DNA from: Candidatus Bathyarchaeota archaeon
GTDB taxonomy: Archaea; Thermoproteota; CALKCG01; B24; DRYS01
Direction: 5' to 3'
Assembly: GCA_018396535.1 (NCBI GenBank)
Contig: JAGTQC010000002.1
Location: 96,001 to 160,000, forward strand
DNA: 64,000 nt
Both the position numbers and the translations under genes were made by a program. Positions 1 through 8,815 of the stretch are shown here, piece after piece (the first letter of the stretch is position 1; every line of letters begins with the position of its first letter). The notes beneath the pieces are model-generated. The model made no database searches. It saw nothing but the letters and a program-made list of their open reading frames with translations, and was not told the origin of the DNA.

Positions 1-55
1 GACCCTGAAATAGAATAATACTTATTAGCTAGCGGTATACGATTCAAGAATTTGG

Positions 56-134
56 ATGATTAAAGCTGGTATTGCTGAAAGCCTGTAGAAGGCTTTATGA
101 TGTTAGACACCAATTATGACGAACATTACTCTGA
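56..134 (+). ncRNA. Candidate box C/D guide sRNA
   Basis: C-like ATGATTA (56-62), 12-nt guide, D' CTGA (75-78), spacer hairpin AAGCCT/AGGCTT, C'-like ATGATGT (97-103), second guide, then ATGA (116-119) or CTGA (131-134). First guide GCTGGTATTG is complementary to the archaeal 16S motif UAAUACCAGC. No ORF here. Confidence 0.55.
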
Positions 135-136
135 TT

Positions 137-922
137 CTACCCATAGACTATATTTAGTACGGGTGCTAGCAACATATCTCCCACCGGCGATAATATGAAG
201 CCTAGAGTGAAGAATAATAGTAAGGGTATACCGAATGATACATATATATGGCTAATGTTTAATTTACGATATTTTTCTAGAATTTTAATTCTGGATTCAG
301 TACTAAATTCTATACCTATATTAACATTTATTCTACGTATTATTTTCCCATTGCTATCTTCTATACTCTCAACTGGATAAAGATAGTTTTTAGAAGCGAA
401 AACTTCTAATGGAACCTTATAACATATGAAGTATAATATTATCATTTTTAGCATATTTAGATCTTTAAACTCTGAGAATGGTTTATCACTAGATAATAAT
501 GCTTTAATATTAGTCATAAACGTGAGTATAGAAGTTGTTAAAGCTAATAGAATACCGTTATTAAAACATGTAAGCGTCATTATAGGTGTAGTATAGGATA
601 GAATGGGGTTATATAAATCATAAGGGTATCTAGGTATGGTTAGCGTTAGTAGTACTAATGCCTTTGCATCACCACCACCATAGAGACCGAGTAGTGCTGG
701 AGTGATGGCTAGGATTAGAGATATAGCCATGAACAACAGCGTCTCCATGATATAGATCGGTGTTAATACTAGATCTAACGCTAATAGGGATAGACCTACC
801 GGATAGGATAATACCCATACATCATCTGGTACCTCTCTATATTTCAAATCTAGTATTGTAGTATATATGTAGATCGAAGCTATGAATAGCATCCTCAAGT
901 ATAGTATATATTCTCTAATCAA
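137..922 (-). CDS. Prepilin/preflagellin peptidase, A24 family (FlaK/PibD-like)
   Basis: Multi-TM protein with 'DLKYREV' and 'GGGDAK' aspartate motifs and A24 C-terminal 'VSFGIPLL'. Confidence 0.85.
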   Translation of the reverse strand: MIREYILYLRMLFIASIYIYTTILDLKYREVPDDVWVLSYPVGLSLLALDLVLTPIYIMETLLFMAISLILAITPALLGLYGGGDAKALVLLTLTIPRYPYDLYNPILSYTTPIMTLTCFNNGILLALTTSILTFMTNIKALLSSDKPFSEFKDLNMLKMIILYFICYKVPLEVFASKNYLYPVESIEDSNGKIIRRINVNIGIEFSTESRIKILEKYRKLNISHIYVSFGIPLLLFFTLGFILSPVGDMLLAPVLNIVYG

Positions 923-1800
923 CGTCGACCAACCTCGATGTAACCTATAGCTTCTATCAATATCTTAGATGCTTGTAGTATTGTTAAACCGCTATCGTAC
1001 ATAGGCGTAGCTTCGACTATATCTAAGCCTATAACCTTATAGGATGCTAGATACTCGATTATATCGAGAAGCATGCCAGTATCTATACCATCTGGCTCCG
1101 GATTTGCTACGCTAGGAGCGTAAGCTGGGTCTAGTACATCCATATCTATCGATATGTATATCGGGGTATTCTTATCTAATCTAGATTCTACTATGGAGAT
1201 AGCCTTCTTGAACCCCCTTCTTAAATCCAATGTTGTGATGTATGGAATATTCATACTGGAGGAGAATATATACTCCTCCTTCGATATAGCTCGTACACCT
1301 ATATGGAAAATGGATTTAACGTTACTTAGTTCAAGTATCCTCCTAGCTACAGTTGCATGACATACTTTGCAACCTAGATATTCGTCTCTTAGATCGAGAT
1401 GCGCATCTAGAAATACGACTTGCACTTCTGGTAAAGTTTTGACTATACCTAACGTTAACGTATGCTCTCCACCTATAGTTATAGGTATCTTACCATAACC
1501 TATTATCTCTGAAACAACTGATTTAACCATGTGTAACATCTCATCTACGGATAGCGATTCATTCAAATCGCCTATATCGCATAACGCTACATCCTCTAGA
1601 TCTATACCGGTTCTTATACTATAGGTTTCTAAGTTATCGATGAGTGTACGGATAGCTTGAGGTGTAAACCTTGACCCCGATCTAAAGGTTGAAGTACTAT
1701 CGAAGGGTACACCTAGAATTACATATTTGGAATCTTCGAATTTACGTCTAGATCCTAGTATAGGCTTAGATGGCTTTACATATAGGTTTATATACCCCAT
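919..1800 (-). CDS. speB: Agmatinase
   Basis: Ureohydrolase motifs GVPFD, GGEH, DAHLD, SIDMDVLDP. Confidence 0.92.
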   Translation of the reverse strand: MGYINLYVKPSKPILGSRRKFEDSKYVILGVPFDSTSTFRSGSRFTPQAIRTLIDNLETYSIRTGIDLEDVALCDIGDLNESLSVDEMLHMVKSVVSEIIGYGKIPITIGGEHTLTLGIVKTLPEVQVVFLDAHLDLRDEYLGCKVCHATVARRILELSNVKSIFHIGVRAISKEEYIFSSSMNIPYITTLDLRRGFKKAISIVESRLDKNTPIYISIDMDVLDPAYAPSVANPEPDGIDTGMLLDIIEYLASYKVIGLDIVEATPMYDSGLTILQASKILIEAIGYIEVGRR

Positions 1801-1908
1801 AAATCTCCACCAGATACCCTATATATTCCTCCTTAATAATGCAGTTAATCTAAACTCTTACATCAAATATAGCACTAGACTAATATCGATATAAACTCTA
1901 TACTATAT

Positions 1909-2481
1909 GTGATAGCTTTGCATATAGTAGCGTTCGCCACGGGTAATCCTAGGAAAGCTGAAGAAGTTCGAAGTATACTTAGATCCTATGATATAGATGT
2001 AGAGGTGGTCAAGGTTCGTAAAATCGAAATACAAGATGATAGTATAGAGAGGATAGCTGCCTTTTCAGCTAGGATCCTAGCTAGGAGGATAGGGAAACCT
2101 TTAGTTGTAGAGGATACAGGGTTATTCATAGATGCGCTTAAAGGCTTCCCTGGACCATACTCCGCTTATGTATATAGGACGATAGGTTTAAAAGGTGTAT
2201 TGAAGCTTATGGAAGGTGTAGAAGATAGACACGCTACTTTTGTATGCGTAGTCGCGTATTGTGAACCTGGTTATAGACCTATAGTCTTCGAGGGTAGGGT
2301 TAGAGGGCGTATAGCAGACGAGGCTAGAGGCTCTTTTGGATGGGGTTATGATCCTATATTCGAGCCTGATGGCTATAATAAAACATACGCTGAGATGGGA
2401 GTGTATAAAAATGAAGTGAGTCATAGAGCTGAAGCTTTTAGAAAATTTGCTAACTGGTACATAGAATCGAAGAGGGTTTAA
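1909..2481 (+). CDS. rdgB: XTP/dITP diphosphatase (Ham1/RdgB family)
   Basis: ATGNPRK, EDTGL, GFPGPYS, WGYDPIF and SHR motifs. Confidence 0.95.
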   Translation: MIALHIVAFATGNPRKAEEVRSILRSYDIDVEVVKVRKIEIQDDSIERIAAFSARILARRIGKPLVVEDTGLFIDALKGFPGPYSAYVYRTIGLKGVLKLMEGVEDRHATFVCVVAYCEPGYRPIVFEGRVRGRIADEARGSFGWGYDPIFEPDGYNKTYAEMGVYKNEVSHRAEAFRKFANWYIESKRV

Positions 2482-2541
2482 ATAGTAGATAGTATAGTTA
2501 AGCAGTAGATCTAGCTTAGATGTGTAGGGAGGAGTAAGTAG

Positions 2542-2988
2542 TTGAAGAGGAGAGCGCATGCTAGGGGGAGATCCCATTCGAAGAGGCCTATAAGTAAGAG
2601 GCCTCCTTCCTGGTGTACCTACACCCCAGATGAGGTTGAAGCTCTAGTAGTTAAGCTAGGTAGACAGATGATACCGCCAAGTATGATAGGCGTTATCCTT
2701 AGGGATCAGTATGGCATACCCCTAGTTAAAAACATAACTGGTAAAACTGTAACGGAGATTCTTAGAGAGCATAATCTAGAACCTTCTCTACCTGAAGATC
2801 TAGCAAACCTCCTTAAGAAAGCTGAACGGTTGAAGAAGCATCTTGAAGTTCATAAAAGTGATGGGTCGAATAAGAGAGCTCTTCAGCTTATAGAATCTAA
2901 GATACATAAGCTAGCTAAATACTATAAGCGTATAGGTAGGCTACCTGAAGATTGGAGTTATAAAGCTGCTATACTATCTGCAGGTTAG
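2542..2988 (+). CDS. rps15: 30S ribosomal protein S15 (uS15)
   Basis: RGRSHSKRP, ILRDQYGIP, LPEDL, LIESKIHKLAKYYK; TTG start after GGAGG. Confidence 0.97.
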   Translation: MKRRAHARGRSHSKRPISKRPPSWCTYTPDEVEALVVKLGRQMIPPSMIGVILRDQYGIPLVKNITGKTVTEILREHNLEPSLPEDLANLLKKAERLKKHLEVHKSDGSNKRALQLIESKIHKLAKYYKRIGRLPEDWSYKAAILSAG

Positions 2989-2990
2989 TT

Positions 2991-4412
2991 ATGAGCGAGG
3001 ATTATGCGAAGTTTATAGATGGGGCTAGAAAACTATCCGAAACCATATACGAGTGGGTATATGAGAATCAGCCAGTTATTATTCTAGGGCATAACGATGC
3101 GGATGGTATATCTGCTACAGCTATTATCTCTAAAACACTTTATAGAGCTGGGGTTAGGTTTCATGCTAGAATACTTCGAAGGCTTGAAGCTTCTGAGCTT
3201 GAGAGAGCTTCTAGTTCCGGTAGGATGACTATATTATGCGATATGGGTAGTGGCTATCTAAGCCTGTTATCTAAGTATAGTTGGAATGGAGGGTTAGCTA
3301 TACTAGATCATCATAAACCAGAGTTATTTGAAGCTCCATCAAATTCTATACATATCAATCCACACCTCTACGGTCTGGATGGGGTATCTGAAATAAGCGG
3401 TTCTGGTGTAGCTTATATAGTGTCTAAAGGCTTTTCTAGAGTAGAGTGTAAGGATCTAGCAGTTTTAGCTATAGTGGGAGCTTTAGGTGATATGCAGGAT
3501 ATAGATGTAGGTCGTAGTCTAAGAGGGGTGAATAAACTTATAGTTAAGGAAGCTGAGGGGGAGGGGTACTTAACCGTTCAGAGGGATCTACTACTACCTG
3601 GGAGGGAAAGTAGACCTATACATATAGCTTTAGCAAGCTTAGTTAATCCGTTTATACCTGGTTTATCAGGTGATGAGGATGCCTGTATATCCTTCTTATC
3701 TAAACTTGGGATAAGCCTGAAGGAATCGGGTAGATGGAGGACTCTATCAGATCTATCTAAAGAAGAGAAGCAAATGCTATTCAATGAGCTTTTAAGATAT
3801 CTTGCAGAAAACAGCTATCCAACATCTATACTCAGGGATTTGATAGGTACAGTCTATATCTTACAGAAGGAGAGGAGGTTTAGCTATATGAGGGATGCTA
3901 GGGAGTATGCATCACTATTGAATGCTTGTAGTAGGATGGGGTTATATGGGTTAGCATTAACCATAGCTATGGGTGATAGAGGGGATGATACGATAGCGAA
4001 GGCGGAATCAACCTATATAGATTATCGTAGGAAGATTTCTAGTTATATACGTACTATATTATCTGAGCCCGGTAGGATAATCTCTATGGGTAAATTCTAT
4101 CTTCTAAAATGTTTAGATCTAGTAGAGGAGGATTTGCTTAGCGTCGTAACTTCTATCATAACGGAATCCTATCTCGCTGATAGAGGTTTACCTGTTATAG
4201 CTCTATCTGGAGCATCTAGTGGTGAAGTTAAAGTCTCGGCTAGATTACCTAGGAGTAGTAAAGTTCAGAATATGGATTTAGGTTTAGTTATGCGTAGAGC
4301 AGCTAGTAGGGTTGGAGGTGAGGGGGGAGGGCACTCGGTAGCAGCTGGAGCGTATATTGCGAAAGGTAAGGTAGAGGATTTTATAGCGGCTTTGGTAGAG
4401 GAGATGGGTTAG
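2991..4412 (+). CDS. DHH-family phosphoesterase (archaeal RecJ-like)
   Basis: HNDADG, DMGSG, LDHH, GDMQD, GGGHSVAAGA; conserved rps15-DHH-pcc1-rps3ae context. Confidence 0.9.
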   Translation: MSEDYAKFIDGARKLSETIYEWVYENQPVIILGHNDADGISATAIISKTLYRAGVRFHARILRRLEASELERASSSGRMTILCDMGSGYLSLLSKYSWNGGLAILDHHKPELFEAPSNSIHINPHLYGLDGVSEISGSGVAYIVSKGFSRVECKDLAVLAIVGALGDMQDIDVGRSLRGVNKLIVKEAEGEGYLTVQRDLLLPGRESRPIHIALASLVNPFIPGLSGDEDACISFLSKLGISLKESGRWRTLSDLSKEEKQMLFNELLRYLAENSYPTSILRDLIGTVYILQKERRFSYMRDAREYASLLNACSRMGLYGLALTIAMGDRGDDTIAKAESTYIDYRRKISSYIRTILSEPGRIISMGKFYLLKCLDLVEEDLLSVVTSIITESYLADRGLPVIALSGASSGEVKVSARLPRSSKVQNMDLGLVMRRAASRVGGEGGGHSVAAGAYIAKGKVEDFIAALVEEMG

Positions 4413-4666
4413 TGATACTTCTTTCAGCGAGGCTTTCTTTTAGCATTCCCCGCGATCTAGCTTGGATATTTTCTGAAGCTTTAAAACCTGATGATAAGCT
4501 TCTTCCAGAAGGATTATCTATACACTACGACCACTATGATGATAGATTGGAAGTCTTTATCGAATCCGATTTAGATATAGGTTCGTTTGCAGCTGTTTTA
4601 GATGATATATTGATGCATATATCTATGCTAGATAGATTGTTTGCTAAACTAGAGTTTAATACTTAA
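4412..4666 (+). CDS. pcc1: KEOPS complex subunit Pcc1-like
   Basis: 84 aa with 'EALKPD' and a C-terminal 'LDDIL' helix; syntenic position before eS1. Confidence 0.7.
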   Translation: MILLSARLSFSIPRDLAWIFSEALKPDDKLLPEGLSIHYDHYDDRLEVFIESDLDIGSFAAVLDDILMHISMLDRLFAKLEFNT

Positions 4667-4709
4667 GGAGGATTTATAAGTTTCCGAGTATAGCCCTTTC
4701 TAGAAGGCT

Positions 4710-5321
4710 ATGCCGAAACCTAGGGTGAAAGCTAAAGCTAAGGTCTGGTATCCTGTATATGCACCTCCAGCATTTGGCGAAGTAGAACTACCAGCTATAG
4801 TTAGTGATGATCCTTCAAAACTTATAGGTAGCGTAGTCGAGACTACGCTTTACGATATAACTGGGGATTTCAGTCATATCAATATCAAGCTTAAATTCCA
4901 GATAGTGAAGGTTGAGGGGGGCAAGGCATACGCAGAGTTTAAGGGAGAAGAGTATCTAGGCGACTATCTTAGAAGCCTTGTTAGACGAGGGAGTAGTAAG
5001 ATTGATAGTATATTCGATGTAGAAACGAAGGATGGGTATAAGCTCAGAATATTCCTTTTATGCTGTACGGTTAAGCGTATAAGCCGCAGTCAAGCTAAAG
5101 CTATAAGGAGTATAGGTCGGAAGATTATAATGGAAAGAGCTTCAACTCTAAGCTTCACACAGTTTGTCCAGGAGGCTGTTCTAAGTAAGCTTGCATCTGA
5201 TGTATATAACGAGGCTAAGAAGATAGCCCCGCTTAGACATGCTGGTATAAGAAAGATAAAGGTTCTAACCCCACTTGTAGGGAAGGTTGAGAAAACGGCT
5301 GAGGAGCTGTCGAAGCTATAG
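4710..5321 (+). CDS. rps3ae: 30S ribosomal protein S3Ae (eS1)
   Basis: KVWYPVYAP, ETTLYDITGD, YLRSLVRR, KKIAPLR. Confidence 0.96.
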   Translation: MPKPRVKAKAKVWYPVYAPPAFGEVELPAIVSDDPSKLIGSVVETTLYDITGDFSHINIKLKFQIVKVEGGKAYAEFKGEEYLGDYLRSLVRRGSSKIDSIFDVETKDGYKLRIFLLCCTVKRISRSQAKAIRSIGRKIIMERASTLSFTQFVQEAVLSKLASDVYNEAKKIAPLRHAGIRKIKVLTPLVGKVEKTAEELSKL

Positions 5322-5328
5322 TAGAAGC

Positions 5329-5670
5329 TTAGAATTCATATGTTCGCTTAATACCTATTAAGAAGAGGGTTATACCTAGCGACACTATAATAATGGATAT
5401 GAAGTATGGAGTTAATTCTTTCTTCATAGATACTATAACATAGAGCCCTCCGATGCTTATGGATAATATGCCTATACCTAGAGCTGGCAATCTAGCATTG
5501 TCTATTATAAGGTCTAATATACTTAGTAGCGATAGAATGACTCCGAATACTATGAACGTAACTGCTATCACCATACTTTCGATACCGGGTAAGTAGAATA
5601 TTACGAATAATGATGACCCGATAGCTAGTAGAGCTAAACCTACTATCGATGTATACGTTAGTTTCGTCAT
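5329..5670 (-). CDS. Small hypothetical membrane protein (about 4 TM)
   Basis: Four hydrophobic stretches; fills the intergenic gap. Confidence 0.6.
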   Translation of the reverse strand: MTKLTYTSIVGLALLAIGSSLFVIFYLPGIESMVIAVTFIVFGVILSLLSILDLIIDNARLPALGIGILSISIGGLYVIVSMKKELTPYFISIIIVSLGITLFLIGIKRTYEF

Positions 5671-5807
5671 ACCTAACGAACCTAGCTTCTATAGATGAAT
5701 TAAGATTTTTACTCTAGTTAATATTAAATAGGGTAGGTTACTATATCCTAAAACTATAATTAGGAATAGAATCATTATGCTCTCTATAGTAGCTATCTTA
5801 AACTGGG

Positions 5808-6830
5808 GTGATTACTAGACTGCGACGGGTTATAACGATAGATCGGGATAGCGGAATACCTCTTATAGGATGTATAGCTTTCGGTATCATAGATAGGGGT
5901 ACGAATATACTTCAAGTTAGACCTACGACTATATGTAATCTTTCATGTATATACTGCTCCACGGATGCTGGACCTAAATCACGATATAGACTAACAGAGT
6001 ATGTAGTTAACCTAGACTACCTGTATGATTGGGTTATAGAAGTTGTGAGATATAAGGGATCTAGAGGTATAGAAATCCATATAGATACTGTTGGAGAACC
6101 TACAACATACCCGTATCTCGCCGATCTGGTCCAGAAGCTATCATCTATAAAGGGGGTTGACGTCGTATCTATGCAGAGTAATGGTACACTTCTAGATGAA
6201 AAAAGGCTTGAGGATCTAAGAGATGCAGGGTTATCGAGGTTGAATCTATCCATAGACACTTTGGATTCAGAAAAGGCTAAGATTATAGCTGGAACAGAGG
6301 ATTACGATATAGAGAAGGTTAAAGCTATAGCTGAATACGTTACGAGTATAAACGGTTTGGATCTGCTTATAGCGCCTGTATGGGTACCGGGTATTAACGA
6401 TCAAGATATACCAGAGATAATAGAGTATGCTTTAAGAATAGGTGCTGGTAAGAAGTGGCCTCCCTTAGGTATACAGAAGTATGAAGCACATAAGAGGGGG
6501 AGAAAACCATCTAGCATTAAACCATTCTCATGGACTAGATTCTATAGAGAGTTGCATAGATTAGAGAAGAAGTATGGTATTAAGCTTATTTTGAAACCGG
6601 AGGACTTTGGTATACATCCTAGACCCACGATACCATCACCCTTCACTACTGGTATGAAGATCAAAGCTGAAATCGTAGCTTCAGGATGGCTTAAAGGTGA
6701 GGTATTAGCTGTAGCTAAGGGTAGAGCTATAACTGTAGTAGATGCCAGCGATGAGCTCATAGGTAGACGCGCATATCTACGGATTATAAGCTGCAAACAT
6801 AATATATACTTGGCTAGAATTGAAGGTTAA
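5808..6830 (+). CDS. Radical SAM protein with C-terminal TRAM-like domain
   Basis: CNLSCIYC motif, GEP, SNGTLL; N-terminal IPLIGCIAFGIIDRGTN typical of an archaeal family. Confidence 0.88.
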   Translation: MITRLRRVITIDRDSGIPLIGCIAFGIIDRGTNILQVRPTTICNLSCIYCSTDAGPKSRYRLTEYVVNLDYLYDWVIEVVRYKGSRGIEIHIDTVGEPTTYPYLADLVQKLSSIKGVDVVSMQSNGTLLDEKRLEDLRDAGLSRLNLSIDTLDSEKAKIIAGTEDYDIEKVKAIAEYVTSINGLDLLIAPVWVPGINDQDIPEIIEYALRIGAGKKWPPLGIQKYEAHKRGRKPSSIKPFSWTRFYRELHRLEKKYGIKLILKPEDFGIHPRPTIPSPFTTGMKIKAEIVASGWLKGEVLAVAKGRAITVVDASDELIGRRAYLRIISCKHNIYLARIEG

Positions 6831-6873
6831 CGCTGCGCTTTATCTACACATTCAACTTTGTTGATTGTAATGT

Positions 6874-6907
6874 AGGTATTTAAATACCTGTGTAATATAT
6901 TACACAG
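6874..6907 (+). promoter_or_regulatory. TATA box inside a 16-bp palindrome, followed by a 20-bp perfect palindrome (putative operator)
   Basis: AGGTATTTAAATACCT (6874-6889) and CTGTGTAATATATTACACAG (6888-6907), 6 nt before ATG 6914. Confidence 0.6.
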
Positions 6908-6913
6908 AGTGAT

Positions 6914-7714
6914 ATGAAGCTACATGGGATACCAGCTAAAAGGATAGCTGTGATAGCTGTATTCACAGCGCTAACCATAGCGATAGCTAAACTTCTACCG
7001 AATATACCTATAGTAGGTTTACCACAAGGCCAGGGTAGTATATCTCCATCGGTCATCCTCTATCCTATTATGGGGTTAATCCTGGGACCATCCTTGGGGT
7101 TAGTAACAGCTTTGATAGCTAATACTATAATCTGGATAATACCTCCTCAAACTATATTTGGTCTTCTCACCATACCAGCGGGAGGGGTTGCTGCGTATAT
7201 TACAGGATCCATAGCTAGAAGGCCTAATACTGGATGGGTAAAAGCTGCTATCGTAGCAGCAATACTCATAGGATGCTGGTATGTTACGCCTATAGGGTTT
7301 GAAGCACCATTCTACCCGATACCTCTTCATAGTGTAGCTTTAGCTTTAACGCTAGTATTCAACCGTAGGATTCACACTTGGATAGAGGAATCTGGTAGAG
7401 GGTATAGACAGATCCTGGCTTTACTCATAGCATGTTTTGCAGGTATCATGGCAGATCATATGTGGGGTAACCTTATGTTCATATTAGGAGTAGGCTTATA
7501 TATACCTATGAAGACTATACGTGACACTCTAAATGCTATAGGTGTCCTAGCTGTTAAGATGGGGTTACCTAACATACCTCTTAGAGGTCTTGGCGATTTA
7601 TTTATGGTAATGCTACCAGTTTCAGCTATAGAGAGAGTTATTATGACGATTATATCAGCTATGATAGGTTTAGCCGTATTCAAAGCTATGAAAGTTTATC
7701 TAATGAGGATATAG
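6914..7714 (+). CDS. ECF transporter S component (stand-alone)
   Basis: 'IAVIAVFTAL' N-terminus, 'GLILGP', multi-TM, 'IERVIMTII' C-terminal helix. Confidence 0.8.
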   Translation: MKLHGIPAKRIAVIAVFTALTIAIAKLLPNIPIVGLPQGQGSISPSVILYPIMGLILGPSLGLVTALIANTIIWIIPPQTIFGLLTIPAGGVAAYITGSIARRPNTGWVKAAIVAAILIGCWYVTPIGFEAPFYPIPLHSVALALTLVFNRRIHTWIEESGRGYRQILALLIACFAGIMADHMWGNLMFILGVGLYIPMKTIRDTLNAIGVLAVKMGLPNIPLRGLGDLFMVMLPVSAIERVIMTIISAMIGLAVFKAMKVYLMRI

Positions 7715-8770
7715 AATCTTAGCATACTCCAATCCGGCATATTCGAGTGTACCCAAAACTAGCCTATAATATATTCTACCCTTCTTTCTATCGTACACCT
7801 CTTCAAGCTTAGCCTTTACTTCTATTCTATCACCGATCTGAAAGGCTGAGGAGAAGAATCCATCGAAAGATACTAGCTCCTCTATGTTACATATACCATT
7901 ACCTTCAAGCCATTCTAGTACGGATATAGAATATATCGCAGGTAAAAATATACCATCTCGGTCATCCACTACCTCTGCCACAACCTTAGCTAAACCTTTA
8001 TGTCTGTAAATTCTATCTCCATATCTCTCATCTACATATAGACGTTCAGGATGCACAGAGAAGTATACATCATCGAATACGCCTCTCTGCCATACCCTAT
8101 CGTATATCTTTCTAAGATCATCCACGCTTAAAGGGTAATATTGTATCTTCTCATTGATAGACTTATCTATATGGCTCTGCGGGATAGACTTGATAACTCC
8201 ACTCTTTTTAAGATCTAGTAAAGCCTCCCTAACCTTTATGGATTCATCTAAACCGTAGACTGTTAGATCTATATCAGAGAACCGTGGATTATGTATCCCT
8301 ACGAGTATGGAGCCTGTTACGCCGAAGAATTCTAAAGGTATACCTGTAGAATCTATGAGAATCTCTACTAGCTTCGTAAGCTTATCTTCTAATATATCGT
8401 CTGCCCCTCTATGCATAATCTCTTCCAGTTTTTCTTCAGGTTTAAAATGTCTAACTATCCTTTCGATAGGTATACATGGCATATTTATACCCCATGCGTC
8501 GATATAACGTACATAATACGGATACTTATCCAACAGTCTTATGGATTCCCTTAACGATAGCATACTATAGACTTTCATTAATCTCTCATAGTTTAATCCA
8601 TCTCTACTTCTCCAGATAGATCCTGAAGATTCACTTGTAGCTATATATCTCGGATAGGCTACTACACAGCCATCTGGATGCACCTCACCTACTATGCAAA
8701 AGAGAATGTTCTCAGCGGTCTCTAAGAAATCTCTATTTTTAAATCGATTATATCTACGTATAGTATTCAA
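7700..8770 (-). CDS. Predicted nucleotidyltransferase (archaeal COG1665-like)
   Basis: GVTGS...SDIDLTVYG pol-beta NTase motif; N-terminal RDF..T and AYPRY. Confidence 0.8.
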   Translation of the reverse strand: MNTIRRYNRFKNRDFLETAENILFCIVGEVHPDGCVVAYPRYIATSESSGSIWRSRDGLNYERLMKVYSMLSLRESIRLLDKYPYYVRYIDAWGINMPCIPIERIVRHFKPEEKLEEIMHRGADDILEDKLTKLVEILIDSTGIPLEFFGVTGSILVGIHNPRFSDIDLTVYGLDESIKVREALLDLKKSGVIKSIPQSHIDKSINEKIQYYPLSVDDLRKIYDRVWQRGVFDDVYFSVHPERLYVDERYGDRIYRHKGLAKVVAEVVDDRDGIFLPAIYSISVLEWLEGNGICNIEELVSFDGFFSSAFQIGDRIEVKAKLEEVYDRKKGRIYYRLVLGTLEYAGLEYAKILYPH

Positions 8771-8815
8771 CCCTGAATCTTGGATAAATCATCTTAACGT
8801 TTAAAAATCTACCTT

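Noticed and set aside
2542-5321. rps15-DHH-pcc1-rps3ae cluster as a novel system
   Set aside because: Well-known conserved archaeal gene order.
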